Positions 40,223-51,977 are shown, counted from the stretch's first letter. The stretch is 64,000 nt of DNA from Candidatus Eiseniibacteriota bacterium (GCA_963762255.1 CAVXKA010000001.1:320001-384000), one strand, 5' to 3'. Notes: generated from the sequence alone by a model not told the origin. Made by a program: numbers and translations.

Positions 40223-40954
40223 TCACGAGGTCCGGATCCCGTCCCGTTCGACGAAGAAGGAGATCTGCTGCTGCAGCTCCTCGGGGCAGTCCGATTTCAC
40301 CTTCACCACGGCGATCTTCAACGCGTGGATGCGCCAACCCGCGAGCTTCGCTTCCTGCCGGTTCCAAAGCCTGACGCGCTGTCCGCCGGCCACGAACTCC
40401 AGACGGTAGTTGCGGATTTCGAGGAAGCACCTCGTATCCTCCACGCGAGGATCGCACCCGTCGTCCTGGAAGAAGACCTGCAGAGTGCCTGTGTTACCCA
40501 GGCTCCCGTACCCCTCGGTGAAGACGCTGAAGTTGGGACGCCAATCGGTGACGGCCATGAAACGCAGACCGCTTGCGTCGGAGATCCTGATCCCGTTGGC
40601 GGCCGGCACGCCCCCCACCGACTGCACATCGAAGGTGTAGGACTGCCCCACCTCAACCGGTAGCGAGTAGCCCAGGTCATCGAGGGTGAGCACGATCGTC
40701 TGGCTCTGCGGCGTCAGCAGCCGGTACTCGTACCCCGCTGGTTCGCCGGCGATATACTCGATGGACTGCACGGTCGCGGTCAGCGTGTAGGGATCGCTGG
40801 CGCGACTGGGATCCAGATGGAACGTGAACTCCCCCTCGGGAGTCCGTTTGCACTCCTCGGGTTGGTCGTCGCAAGCGGCGGCAACCAAGCCGAGACCCAG
40901 CGCGGCCAGGATCAAGCCGGCGCGAAGCCGGATCGGTGGACGGGTCAGTTTCAC
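40223..40954 (-). CDS. Hypothetical lipoprotein
   Basis: SD GAGGAGG + GTG; signal peptide ending VAAAC; beta-rich composition. Confidence 0.7.
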   Translation of the reverse strand: MKLTRPPIRLRAGLILAALGLGLVAAACDDQPEECKRTPEGEFTFHLDPSRASDPYTLTATVQSIEYIAGEPAGYEYRLLTPQSQTIVLTLDDLGYSLPVEVGQSYTFDVQSVGGVPAANGIRISDASGLRFMAVTDWRPNFSVFTEGYGSLGNTGTLQVFFQDDGCDPRVEDTRCFLEIRNYRLEFVAGGQRVRLWNRQEAKLAGWRIHALKIAVVKVKSDCPEELQQQISFFVERDGIRTS

Positions 40955-41045
40955 GGAATCCTCCTCTAAGCCCGGACGCAGGACGCCCTGCCCCGCGGGC
41001 ATGCCGCCGGGCGCGAGGCGCCGCGCAAGGGTGAGCATACCCCAG

Positions 41046-41099
41046 CCCGCTCTCAACCGGCGGCCGCACGCTTGGACGACCCGCTCTCAACCGGCGGCC
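41046..41099. repeat. Two exact 20-bp direct repeats CCCGCTCTCAACCGGCGGCC, period 34 bp
   Basis: 41046-41065 and 41080-41099 in a divergent intergenic region. Confidence 0.88.
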
Positions 41100-41113
41100 C
41101 GGCGCGCCGATAA
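41087..41113 (+). promoter_or_regulatory. sigma28-type promoter TCAA-N15-GCCGATAA
   Basis: Canonical spacing; GTG start lies 7 nt after the -10 box (leaderless geometry). Confidence 0.65.
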
Positions 41114-41120
41114 CCGGGAC

Positions 41121-41600
41121 GTGAGCGGATTCAAGTTGTTGATCGCCAGACGGTTGCGCATGGCCTCGGGACCCGGGGCACTGAAGCGTCTGCGGCGAGA
41201 GCTGCGTGACACGCTGGCGCGAAGCGTCCCCTTCCCGGAAGCGCGCGAGCTCGCGATGCTCGCCGTCGAGGAAGCGGCTGCGAACGTCTTCGAGCACGGC
41301 TACGGCAATCAGGCGGGATGCCCGCTCGAAGTCACGGTGCGGATCGGTGAGCGGGAACGCTTCGCCGTCATCCTGCGCGACCGCGCGCCGGTGTTCGACG
41401 TGACCTCGCTTCCGCCGGCGGATCTCGATCGTCTTGCGCGCGAGTTCGCCACGCGGGGCCGCGGACTGGCCATCGTGCGCCAGATCGCCGATTCGATGCG
41501 GCACCGCGCGCGGCGCGGCGGCGGCAACGAGCTGACCCTGATCTTTGACGCCGAGCGACTGGCCGGCGGTGTGGAGCACCTTCGTGAAGAAGCAGCCTGA
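41121..41600 (+). CDS. RsbW/SpoIIAB-like anti-sigma factor kinase (HATPase_c_2)
   Basis: LAVEEAAANVFEHGY, RGRGL.IVRQIAD, GNELTL. Confidence 0.85.
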   Translation: MSGFKLLIARRLRMASGPGALKRLRRELRDTLARSVPFPEARELAMLAVEEAAANVFEHGYGNQAGCPLEVTVRIGERERFAVILRDRAPVFDVTSLPPADLDRLAREFATRGRGLAIVRQIADSMRHRARRGGGNELTLIFDAERLAGGVEHLREEAA

Positions 41601-41970
41601 TTCTCGGGCACATCTTATCAGCATCTCGCGCTTGAGCGTGCGCAACGGCGTCGAGGTCTCGGTGCAGCGCTTCCGTGGCGCGGTACGACAGGCGACGATT
41701 CATGATTTCGAGTCGCGGCTCCGCGAGGGAGGCGAGCGCTCGCCGTACTACATCGTGGACTTGTCCGAACTCGAGTACATCGAGGCTGCGGGGCTCGGCC
41801 GGCTGCTCGAGCAGTCGGTCGCGCAGGAGCGGCGCGGCGGCTGGCTGCGCGTGGTCGCCCCCTCCTCCACGGTTGCGATGATCTTCAAGCTATCCGGCGT
41901 CTCCGATTCTCTATGGGTGGCGGCCACCGAAGACGACGCGCTCAGGGATTTGCCGGAGAGAGCCGCCTAG
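41584..41970 (+). CDS. STAS-domain anti-anti-sigma factor (RsbV-like), phospho-Ser motif altered
   Basis: VDLSELEYIEAAGLG, GG.L.VV.PS..V..IFKLSG. Confidence 0.8.
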   Translation: MKKQPDSRAHLISISRLSVRNGVEVSVQRFRGAVRQATIHDFESRLREGGERSPYYIVDLSELEYIEAAGLGRLLEQSVAQERRGGWLRVVAPSSTVAMIFKLSGVSDSLWVAATEDDALRDLPERAA

Positions 41971-41978
41971 ATCCGCGC

Positions 41979-42007
41979 TTGTATGAGAGCCTCGGCGGGG
42001 CTAGAGT
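41979..42007 (+). promoter_or_regulatory. sigma70-type promoter TTGTAT-N17-TAGAGT
   Basis: Spacing of 17; followed by GGAGG and ATG at 42042. Confidence 0.5.
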
Positions 42008-42041
42008 AGAAACAGTCCCCCCCAATCCCGCGGAGGCCGTT

Positions 42042-44474
42042 ATGTGGCGTCCTGGGTCCTTCCGCGTCCTTGCTCTCGCCTCGGCGATGATCGGCGCGCT
42101 CCCGTGCGTCCTTGCCCCTGTTGCCCTTGCCGGCACCCAGCCCTATGCCCGCGTCGCGCTGCACGTGAAGGCACACACCACGAAGGCGTCCCTCGTCTGC
42201 ACCTCAGGGTCCCCCAACACGCAGAATCTCCCGTGCTCCGAGTATCGGACGAACTGGATCGTCCAAAACAATTGCGACGTCTACCTGGTCGTCGGACACG
42301 GGGACCCCACCGCCGGCATCGCCGGGGTGAACTGCCGGATCCTATACGAGAACGCGGGGGGCTACGGCGTCGACGTGTTCGGGTGGACATTGTGCGCCGA
42401 CCAGGAAGCGGTCGGGGCAGGCACATTCGGTAATTGGCCGGAGTCGGGAGGCTCCAACACCATCACCTGGAACCCCACTACCAACTGCCAGCGCACGGAG
42501 ATCGGAGACGAAGGGGTCCACGCGGTTGCGGGAGCCTTCTACGTCTATGCCTACACCGCGGATTACCTGACGATCTCTCCCGTCGAGAGCGCCTTCGCGA
42601 TTTGGGACTGCCGGGGAGGCACGACCAGCAGCAGCTATAGAGCGCCTGGCGTGCTCTTCAGCACAAGCGGATACGAATACGGCGAGAACCCCTGTGAGCA
42701 CTCCTTTTACACTCCGACCTGCCCGATCTCTCCCGACGAGGTCGATTTTGGCTCGATCTGGGCCAGCGACTATCGGGACTCCACGATTCTTGTCCTCAAC
42801 GAGCAGAGCACACCGATCCAGGGTACTTGGTCGGTGAGCGGGGGCAGCTTCTCGCTGCGTTCAAGCGGCGATCCCTTCACATTGGCGCCAGGGGCAACGG
42901 TGCCGGTGACGATCCGATTCGACCCCACAGGGGACGGGTACACAGAGGGTTGGCTGGCCAGTGGCAACTGTCATGGGATCAGGCTTCTCGGGCACGCGAC
43001 CGCTCCATGCGTGTTCACACCCGATCGGCTGGGCTTCGAGCAGACCGCAGTGGGCGAAACGCGGACTCTCCCTGTAGTGCTTCGCAACGTCCATCCCGCA
43101 CCATTGAGCGGCACGGTGTCACTGAGTGGGAGCGGCTACCATCTGGGGGCGGGGACGAGCACGTATTCGCTGGCTCCCGGGGAGTCTCTGGCCCTCGAGA
43201 TCGAGTTCCAACCTGGGACCCCGGGGTATCACGCCGGCACCCTCTCGGCAGGATCCTTCAGCCGCACGGTGCCCCTGACCGGCAACGGCATTCTCGCGTG
43301 CACTGTCGCGCCCACGACCCGCAACTTCGGAACCGTTGCCGTCGGTGCGTACCGCGACATCGATTTCACCGTGACCAACAACCTCCAGCAACAAGTTGAT
43401 GGGCAGGTCACTGCCGGCACCTCGCCCTTCCGGATTCTGGCCGGAGGGGAGCCCTACAGCCTCGCGCCGGGAAGTGCCCACACTTTCACGGTCCGATTCG
43501 AGCCCCGGGAGTCCATCGAGTACTCCGGCACCGTTTCGCTTGGATCATCCTTCGGCACGATGTCCCTTTCCGGAACCGGCAAGGTACCTTCGCAGACCTG
43601 CCTCACGCTCCCCGGCTCGGATCTCCTCTTCGGCTTCACGCAGCTGGGCGTGGGCCGCACCGAGATCGTTCGGTTCGCCAACACGGGCGAGGGCTCGTTC
43701 GCGCTGACGCTGAGCGAGGAGAGCATGTCGCCCAATTTCTCGCTCCCGAACGGCGAAGGCCCCTTTGCCATTACGACCGGCGACACGCTCGACGTCCCGG
43801 TGCGCTACGACCCACTCACTACCGGGGTTCACGTCGGCACCCTCGTCACCAGCTCGCCCTGCGCCAACGTGCAGTTGGTTGGGTTCGGCCAGCGCAGTCC
43901 GGTAGCCTGCATCGCCGCCGTTTCCGAGCTCGACTTCGGGGACGTGCCGGTGGGCGCATCCCGCGAAATGGAGTTCCATCTGTTCAACTACTCCGGAGAC
44001 TTGGCGCTCGGAGATGTCTTCGTGTCGTGCGAGGACTTCTCGCTCACGAGCGACCTATCCTACCGGGTCTCGTGGGCCGATTCCGAACTCGTGCGCGTGC
44101 GGTTCGCCCCCAGAACGCTGGGCTCGCAGAGCTGCGCGGTGGCGGTGACCGGGAGTTGCGGCGACACGATCGAGATCGCCGGCTACGGCATCGCGCCCCC
44201 CGACACCGCGCGCGCCCGTCCCTGGCTCTTTGCGGCGAGCCGGCCCAACGAAGCCGTGCAGCGACTCGTCTACGATGTCCTCGCCGCCGCTCACGTCGAG
44301 ATCATCATCTTCGACGTCGTGGGGCACGAGCTGGCGCGCTTCGACGAGGGTGTTCGAGCACCGGGACGCTTCGAGGTGTCTTGGGACGCCCACCAGCGTC
44401 CGGGCGGGATCTATTTCGCGCGCATCGAGGCGGCGCGGGCCAGCTTCACACAGCGGGTGCTGCTGCTGCGATGA
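42042..44474 (+). CDS. Secreted protein: Cys-rich N-terminal domain + five choice-of-anchor-D/ASH-like Ig repeats + T9SS/FlgD-like C-terminal domain
   Basis: Signal peptide; repeated P...DFG.V.VG.......N...F.L.PG....V.F.P...G...V.L.G.G; FDV.G...WDA...PGGIYFAR. Confidence 0.78.
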   Translation: MWRPGSFRVLALASAMIGALPCVLAPVALAGTQPYARVALHVKAHTTKASLVCTSGSPNTQNLPCSEYRTNWIVQNNCDVYLVVGHGDPTAGIAGVNCRILYENAGGYGVDVFGWTLCADQEAVGAGTFGNWPESGGSNTITWNPTTNCQRTEIGDEGVHAVAGAFYVYAYTADYLTISPVESAFAIWDCRGGTTSSSYRAPGVLFSTSGYEYGENPCEHSFYTPTCPISPDEVDFGSIWASDYRDSTILVLNEQSTPIQGTWSVSGGSFSLRSSGDPFTLAPGATVPVTIRFDPTGDGYTEGWLASGNCHGIRLLGHATAPCVFTPDRLGFEQTAVGETRTLPVVLRNVHPAPLSGTVSLSGSGYHLGAGTSTYSLAPGESLALEIEFQPGTPGYHAGTLSAGSFSRTVPLTGNGILACTVAPTTRNFGTVAVGAYRDIDFTVTNNLQQQVDGQVTAGTSPFRILAGGEPYSLAPGSAHTFTVRFEPRESIEYSGTVSLGSSFGTMSLSGTGKVPSQTCLTLPGSDLLFGFTQLGVGRTEIVRFANTGEGSFALTLSEESMSPNFSLPNGEGPFAITTGDTLDVPVRYDPLTTGVHVGTLVTSSPCANVQLVGFGQRSPVACIAAVSELDFGDVPVGASREMEFHLFNYSGDLALGDVFVSCEDFSLTSDLSYRVSWADSELVRVRFAPRTLGSQSCAVAVTGSCGDTIEIAGYGIAPPDTARARPWLFAASRPNEAVQRLVYDVLAAAHVEIIIFDVVGHELARFDEGVRAPGRFEVSWDAHQRPGGIYFARIEAARASFTQRVLLLR

Positions 44475-46864
44475 AGCTGTTGCTTGGTGCGCTCATGGCG
44501 CTTCTGGCCGCGCTGCTCTCGGCGGCGCCCGCTCTCGCCGGCACCCAGGACCAGGCGCGGGTCGCGTTGCATCTCAAGGAGCACACGACCAAGACCAGCA
44601 CGGCTTGCACGACGTGGTCGCCCGCCGGAGAGGGGCGGCCCTGCGGCCAGTTCGTGACCAGGGCGTACCTGGGAGGGGGCTACGACGTCTATCTCGTCGT
44701 CGCTCACGGCGACTCGACCGCGGGGGTGGCCGCAGTGGAATGCAGGGTCGAGTACAACGGAACAGACCAGCAGGGTGTGGACGTCTTCGGGTGGACCCTT
44801 TGCGCAGACCTCCAGTCCAGTGACGCGGCCTGGCCGGACGCGGGAACCAGCAACCGCATTACTTGGAGTTCCATTAGTGCCTGCCAGCGCACGGTGATCG
44901 GCGGCGAGGGCGTTCACGCTGTGGCGGGCGCGTTCTACGTATTCGCCTACTCGCCGGATGTGCTCTCGGTAGTCCCTCCATCCACCGGTTTCGCGGTAAA
45001 GGACTGCAGGGGAACCAGCAGCTTGATCGAACAGGGGGTTCCCAAGATCGCGTTCAGCTCGTCGGCCACAGTCGACGGTCATAACCCCTGCCTTGATCGA
45101 TGCTGGAACCTCGTTCCTACCCGGATTGAGTTGGGACAGGTTCGGGTCGGCGAGGTGCGCGATTCCACAGTGGTCATCCGCAACGCGAGCGGACAGACAG
45201 TCTCCGGACGTTGGACGGTTTCCGGGGGCAAATACGAAATCCTCTCCGCAGACCCCCGCTTCCAAATCGAGCCTGGGCAATCCACGTCGGTTCCCCTCAG
45301 GTTCGCACCGCAATCCTGGGGTGGGGATACCGGATACTTGTGGCCCCACGACTCCTGCAACCAGGCCATCACGCTCTTCGCCACCGGTATGTTCGGGTGC
45401 GCGTTCGAGCCCAACTCAGTTCATTTCTCCCCTCTGGCGGTCGGCGACGCCGAGACTCTCGCCGTCGCCGTCACCAACAACATGAACACCGCGCTGGCGG
45501 GCTCGATCCAGATCGCCGGCTCCAACTTCAGCCTCGGGCAGGAGGCGGACACGGTCACGTTGGCCTCGGGGGCATCCACGAGTATCGCGGTAGCGTTCCA
45601 CCCGTCTCGGACGGGAGTGTGTTCGGGGATTCTCACGGTGGATCACGCCTGCGGCGCCATCCTTCTGGACGGGCATGGGGTCGTGCTGTGCACGGCCACC
45701 CCGGAGAAACTCGACCTGGGCGAGGTGAAGGTCGGCGAGTCGGGTCATGCCGAGTTCGCGGTCACCAACAACCGGCGCACCGCGATCTCGGGTCAATTCA
45801 CGGTCGACAACCCCGCCTTCACCGTGCTCGACGGGGAGACGCCTTTCCTGGTCCCACCGCAAAGCACGAGTCGCTACGAGGTCCGGTTCGCCCCAACGAT
45901 CAACGGCATGTTCCGCGGTACGATCACCGTGGGCTCGCAGTGCTCCACGGTGGAGGTGAGCGCACGCGGCCGCGATCCGTCCCTGCGCTGCACTGTGCTT
46001 CCTGGCTCCGACGTCGATTTCGGACTGATCGCGGTCGGGCTGAGCAAGATCGGCAAGATCCGCTACGTCAATCTGAGCGAGCAGACATTCACCCTCCACT
46101 TGAGCGCGGCGGAGCTGCCCGATGATTTCACCCTTCTTGACGGGGAGGGACCGTTCACCGTGCCGCCCGGCGACACGCTTGCCGTTCGCATGCGCTTCGC
46201 CCCCCGAGGCCTCGGCACAGCCACCGGCACTTTGCTCGCGGATCCTCCCTGCGCGGGCGTGCGCGTCACCGGCGTGGGCCAAGCGGGTCCAGGCCGGTGC
46301 GTGGTCGAGACCGCCAGGTTCGACTTCGGGGATGTCCTCGTGGGCCGCTCGCGAACCCTCGAGACGTACTTCATCAACCTCTCAGGCGGAACCGCGCACG
46401 GCTCGGTGTATGTGCCCTGCACAGATTTTGCTCTGGCCGGCGCCACCGCCTACCACCTCGCCGTGCGCGACTCACAACTGGTGCGCCTGCGCTTCACCCC
46501 CACTGCTCTGGGTACGCAAGCATGCGCGCTCGATGTGACCGGGGACTGCGGCTACCCCGTCATCGCCACTGGCCGTGGCATTGCGCCTCCTGACACTGCA
46601 CAAGCGCGGCCTAGGATCGCGTCGGTGAGCCGTCCCGCCGACGGCGTGCAGCGCCTAGCCTACGAAGTACTCTCCGCCGCGTCGGTCGAGATCGTGATCC
46701 TTGACGTCGCCGGCCGGCGAGTCGCCCGCTTCAACGAAGGAGTGCGCGTCGCGGGGCACTACGAGCTCTCGTGGGATGCGCGGGTGCGGCCGGGCGGCAT
46801 CTACTTTGCGCACATCACGGCGGGCCGCGCCGAGGCCACCGCGCGGATGCTGCTGCTCCGCTAG
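44471..46864 (+). CDS. Tandem paralog of 42042-44474 (same architecture)
   Basis: ATGA overlap; colinear similarity along the whole length. Confidence 0.78.
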   Translation: MKLLLGALMALLAALLSAAPALAGTQDQARVALHLKEHTTKTSTACTTWSPAGEGRPCGQFVTRAYLGGGYDVYLVVAHGDSTAGVAAVECRVEYNGTDQQGVDVFGWTLCADLQSSDAAWPDAGTSNRITWSSISACQRTVIGGEGVHAVAGAFYVFAYSPDVLSVVPPSTGFAVKDCRGTSSLIEQGVPKIAFSSSATVDGHNPCLDRCWNLVPTRIELGQVRVGEVRDSTVVIRNASGQTVSGRWTVSGGKYEILSADPRFQIEPGQSTSVPLRFAPQSWGGDTGYLWPHDSCNQAITLFATGMFGCAFEPNSVHFSPLAVGDAETLAVAVTNNMNTALAGSIQIAGSNFSLGQEADTVTLASGASTSIAVAFHPSRTGVCSGILTVDHACGAILLDGHGVVLCTATPEKLDLGEVKVGESGHAEFAVTNNRRTAISGQFTVDNPAFTVLDGETPFLVPPQSTSRYEVRFAPTINGMFRGTITVGSQCSTVEVSARGRDPSLRCTVLPGSDVDFGLIAVGLSKIGKIRYVNLSEQTFTLHLSAAELPDDFTLLDGEGPFTVPPGDTLAVRMRFAPRGLGTATGTLLADPPCAGVRVTGVGQAGPGRCVVETARFDFGDVLVGRSRTLETYFINLSGGTAHGSVYVPCTDFALAGATAYHLAVRDSQLVRLRFTPTALGTQACALDVTGDCGYPVIATGRGIAPPDTAQARPRIASVSRPADGVQRLAYEVLSAASVEIVILDVAGRRVARFNEGVRVAGHYELSWDARVRPGGIYFAHITAGRAEATARMLLLR

Positions 46865-47715
46865 CGGTTCTTGAGCCTCGGATCGAGCGCATCGCGCAAA
46901 CCGTCGCCCAGGAAGTTGAGCGAAAAGAGCGTGACCCCGAGCGCGAGGCCGGGGAAGAGGATGAGCCACCACGCCGTGTTGAGCGCGGTGATCGCGCTTG
47001 CGCCCTCGGCGGCGAGCAGCCCCCACGACGCGTTCGGCGGCTGCACACCAAGCCCCAAGAACGATAGGAACGCCTCCTCCAGCATCACCGCCGGCACGGT
47101 CAACGTCGCGTAGACGATGATGGGGCCGAGCAGGTTCGGGATCATGTGCCGAAAGAGGATGCGGCTCGGCTCCGCCCCCAGAGCGCGGATCGCCTGCACG
47201 AACTCCTCGCCGCGCAACTGCATCATCTGACCGCGCACGATGCGGCTCATGGTCAGCCACTGCACCGCGCCCAGCGCGAGGAACAACAACACCAGATGCC
47301 GGCCGAAGTACGCGACGAGCAGGATCACGAAGAACATGAAGGGAAGGCTGTAGAGGAGATCGACGAAGCGCATCATGAGGCTGTCGGTGCGGCCGCCGCG
47401 ATAGCCCGCCACCGCGCCCCAGGTGACGCCGATCACGAGGCTCACCAGCGTCGCCACGAGCCCGACCGCCAGAGAGAGCCGGCCGCCGTAGAGCGTGCGG
47501 GTGAGCAGGTCGCGGCCGGCGAGGTCGGTGCCGAAAGGATGCCGCCAGCTCGGCGGCTGAAGCTGCCCGGCCAGGTTCTGCTCGTCGAACGTGTAGGGCG
47601 TGAGCCACGGCGCAAGGAGCGTGACCAGCACGACCACGATGAGCACCACCGCACCCGTCGTCGCCATCCGGCTCTTCAAGAGCCGGCGCAGCGCGTCCTT
47701 CCAGAAGCCGCTCAT
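46861..47715 (-). CDS. oppC: Oligopeptide ABC transporter permease
   Basis: HPFGTD..GRD, GGR.SL.VG, RIVRGQ, EAFLSFLGLG, GDGLRDALDP. Confidence 0.9.
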   Translation of the reverse strand: MSGFWKDALRRLLKSRMATTGAVVLIVVVLVTLLAPWLTPYTFDEQNLAGQLQPPSWRHPFGTDLAGRDLLTRTLYGGRLSLAVGLVATLVSLVIGVTWGAVAGYRGGRTDSLMMRFVDLLYSLPFMFFVILLVAYFGRHLVLLFLALGAVQWLTMSRIVRGQMMQLRGEEFVQAIRALGAEPSRILFRHMIPNLLGPIIVYATLTVPAVMLEEAFLSFLGLGVQPPNASWGLLAAEGASAITALNTAWWLILFPGLALGVTLFSLNFLGDGLRDALDPRLKNR

Positions 47716-48629
47716 CGCAGTTCCACTCGCGGATCTACCACCGCGTAGAGAAGGTCGACCACGAAGTTGAGCGTGATGAGGAGTCCGCTGTAGAGGAGCA
47801 CCGTGCCCATGGCCATCGTGTAATCGCGGTTGAGCGCGGAGTTGACGAAGAAGCTGCCGAGGCCGGGCACGTTGAAGATGCGCTCCACCACGACCGAGCC
47901 GACGAGAATGCTGGCGGCGGCAGGGCCGAGAAAACTGAGCACGGGCAGGATCGCCACGCGCAGCGCGTGCTTGACCACCACCGTGCGCTCGCGGAGCCCC
48001 TTCGCCCGCGCGGTGCGAATGAAGTCCTGGCGGATGACTTCGAGCATACCGGCGCGGGAGAGACGGGCGATGTAGGCGGCGCGCAGTGCGCCCAGCGTGA
48101 GCGCTGGAAGGATGAGCTGCGAAAGCGTCCCCCACCCGCCGGCGGGAAGCCATCCCAGCCAGAACGAGAACACGATGATGAGCACCGGACCCAGCACGAA
48201 GTTGGGGATGCAGATGCCGAGGAGCGACGCCCCCATGAGCAGGTAGTCGCGCGCCTGGTTCTGATAGAGGGCGCCCATCACGCCGGCAGGGATGCCGATG
48301 GCGAGCGAGATCACGAGCGCGAGCGCTCCCAGCGTGAGGCTCACCGGCAGCGCCTGGGCCACGATCTCGTTCACGGTGCGCCCCGGGTACTTGAACGACG
48401 GCCCGAGGTCCCCGTGTAGCAGGTCGCCCATGTAGCGCACGAACTGCTCGGTCAGCGGTTCGTCGAGGTGATACTTCGCACGAAGATTGGCCTCGATCTG
48501 GGGCGGCAGCGAGCGCTCGCCATCAAAGGGGCCACCCGGCGCCGAACGCATGAAAAGAAAGCTCAGAAGCAGGATCGCGAACAGGAGCGGAATGGTCGCA
48601 AGAATGCGCCGGACGAAGAAGCGGGTCAT
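47712..48629 (-). CDS. oppB: Oligopeptide ABC transporter permease
   Basis: APGGPFD, GDLGPS, DFIRTARAKGL, VVERIF..PGLG, DLLYA.VDPR. Confidence 0.92.
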   Translation of the reverse strand: MTRFFVRRILATIPLLFAILLLSFLFMRSAPGGPFDGERSLPPQIEANLRAKYHLDEPLTEQFVRYMGDLLHGDLGPSFKYPGRTVNEIVAQALPVSLTLGALALVISLAIGIPAGVMGALYQNQARDYLLMGASLLGICIPNFVLGPVLIIVFSFWLGWLPAGGWGTLSQLILPALTLGALRAAYIARLSRAGMLEVIRQDFIRTARAKGLRERTVVVKHALRVAILPVLSFLGPAAASILVGSVVVERIFNVPGLGSFFVNSALNRDYTMAMGTVLLYSGLLITLNFVVDLLYAVVDPRVELR

Positions 48630-48649
48630 GGGTTCGAGAGCCTAGCACC

Positions 48650-50149
<1,500 letters not shown>

Positions 50150-50217
50150 GATTCGCCCCTTGCCACGGCGGCGCCGGCGCGGCGCGCACGGTTCGTGGTC
50201 AAGCCCCAGGAATTGTC

Positions 50218-50246
50218 ACAATACAACCCGTGCCGTGGGCGAGCAA
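50218..50246 (-). promoter_or_regulatory. sigma70-type promoter TTGCTC-N17-TATTGT for the FGE-domain gene
   Basis: Spacing of 17 in an AT-richer intergenic patch. Confidence 0.45.
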
Positions 50247-50254
50247 GCAGCGTC

Positions 50255-51940
50255 TTAGTCGGCGCCTCGCGTGCTCGCATGACCAGGCCCGGGGACTGCG
50301 TTCACCGCCGCCGCCCGCGGCATCTCCAGGTCGCGCGGATGCCCGCGATGGCCGCGCAGCGGACGAACCGCCCGCAGATCGATCATGTTGAGGAGATTCG
50401 GCTTGAGCCCGGAGAAATCGCGCTCGTCGTAGAGGTTCTGCACGACGTAGAAGTAGAGCGGTAGGATGACCGCATCCTCGACCACGACCTTCTCCTCGGC
50501 CTCGTGGAGCAGGCGCATCCGCTCCACCGGGTCCAGTGTGAGCGCCGCGCGCGCGATCAGCGCGTCGTAGCCCGGATCCCGGTAGCCGGTCCGGTTGTTG
50601 CCGTTGGTCGAGGTCCACACATCGAGAAAGGTATTTGGGTCCACGTAGTCGCCGATCCAGCTCCCGCGCGAGATCCAATAGTCGAGGCCCTGCGTGGTGG
50701 CCAGGAACACCTTCCATTCCTGGTTCACGAGATCGACGTGGACGCCGAGCGCCTCCTTCCACTCCTGCTGCAACACCTCGGCGATCTGCTTGTGCGCCTC
50801 AGACGTGTTGAACAGAAGCTCGACGTGCGGGAACCCCTCACCCCCCGGATAGCCCGCTTCCGCGAGCAACCACCGAGCCTGTGCCACGTCGCGCCCTGCC
50901 AGACGCGCCTCTCCGTAACCGGGCACGCCGGGCGGCACGAGGCTGTACGCCGGCTCCTGCCCCGCACGCAGCACGTACTGGGTAATGTCCTCGCGGTTCA
51001 CCGCAAGCGAGAACGCGCGGCGCACGCGGGCGTCGTCGAACGGAGCCCGCGTCACGTTGAAACGATAGAAATAGGTCGAGAAGTAGGGCGCCTGGTGGAA
51101 GTCGGCGCGGCGTATGAGCTCCGGCACGATGAAGAGCGGGATCGCACCGGAGTCGGTCCAGTCCAATACCCCGCTCATGTAGAGGTTGAAGTTCGCGTTG
51201 ATGTTGTCGCCGACGAGCGCATCGGTGGTCTCCAGCGCGATAGCGCCAGCGTTCCAATAGCTCGGATTCCTGCGGAAGCGCAGGCTCCGGTTCAGGGACC
51301 AGCGCTCCAAGGTGAAGGGGCCGTTCGTGACGAGGTTCTCCGCCCGCGTCCAGAGGTCTCTATGCGCCTCGATGGTCCACGCCGGCACCGGCAGCAACGT
51401 GTAATAGGAGCAGAGGTCAAGGAAGTACGCGCATGGGGAGTGCAGGGTCACGACGAAGGTGGAGTCGTCGTCCGCGCGAAATCCCAGCAGCGCCGGATCG
51501 GTCAGCTCCCCGCGGTTGTACTCGCGCGCTCCCGCCACCGGATAGAGGAGCGACGCATAGCGGGCCGCGGTGGAGGGTGCCAACACCCGCTCCCAGGCGT
51601 AGGCGAAATCCCGCGCGGTGACCGGGCGACCGTCGCTCCAGTCCGCAGGACGCAGATGGAAGGTATAGGTCAGCCCGTCATCGCTCACCTCCCAGGCGCG
51701 GGCGATGCCGGGGACGATGCGCAGATCGGCGTCGTGGAGGGTGAGCCCCTCGAAGAGGTTCAACGCCACCCGTCCCGCGGTCTGATCGGAGGCGAGTCCG
51801 GGATCGATGGTCTCCGGCTCCGATCCCAGGAGCCAGACGAAGTCGGCAGGCGGTTCTTTCCCACCGCATCCGGCCAGAATCATCCCGATGAGAAGGAGTC
51901 CGGCGAGGCGACTCCGGCCGATCGCGTCGTGCGCACGCAT
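50255..51940 (-). CDS. oppA: Oligopeptide ABC transporter substrate-binding lipoprotein
   Basis: LAGC lipobox; EPETIDP, LFEGL, TYTFHLR, WSDG.PVTA.DF, NGPF, NP.YW, W.GDY.DP.TFL. Confidence 0.9.
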   Translation of the reverse strand: MRAHDAIGRSRLAGLLLIGMILAGCGGKEPPADFVWLLGSEPETIDPGLASDQTAGRVALNLFEGLTLHDADLRIVPGIARAWEVSDDGLTYTFHLRPADWSDGRPVTARDFAYAWERVLAPSTAARYASLLYPVAGAREYNRGELTDPALLGFRADDDSTFVVTLHSPCAYFLDLCSYYTLLPVPAWTIEAHRDLWTRAENLVTNGPFTLERWSLNRSLRFRRNPSYWNAGAIALETTDALVGDNINANFNLYMSGVLDWTDSGAIPLFIVPELIRRADFHQAPYFSTYFYRFNVTRAPFDDARVRRAFSLAVNREDITQYVLRAGQEPAYSLVPPGVPGYGEARLAGRDVAQARWLLAEAGYPGGEGFPHVELLFNTSEAHKQIAEVLQQEWKEALGVHVDLVNQEWKVFLATTQGLDYWISRGSWIGDYVDPNTFLDVWTSTNGNNRTGYRDPGYDALIARAALTLDPVERMRLLHEAEEKVVVEDAVILPLYFYVVQNLYDERDFSGLKPNLLNMIDLRAVRPLRGHRGHPRDLEMPRAAAVNAVPGPGHASTRGAD

Positions 51941-51977
51941 GGGCGAGAGGGTAGCATTTGACGGGCGCGGCCGAAGG

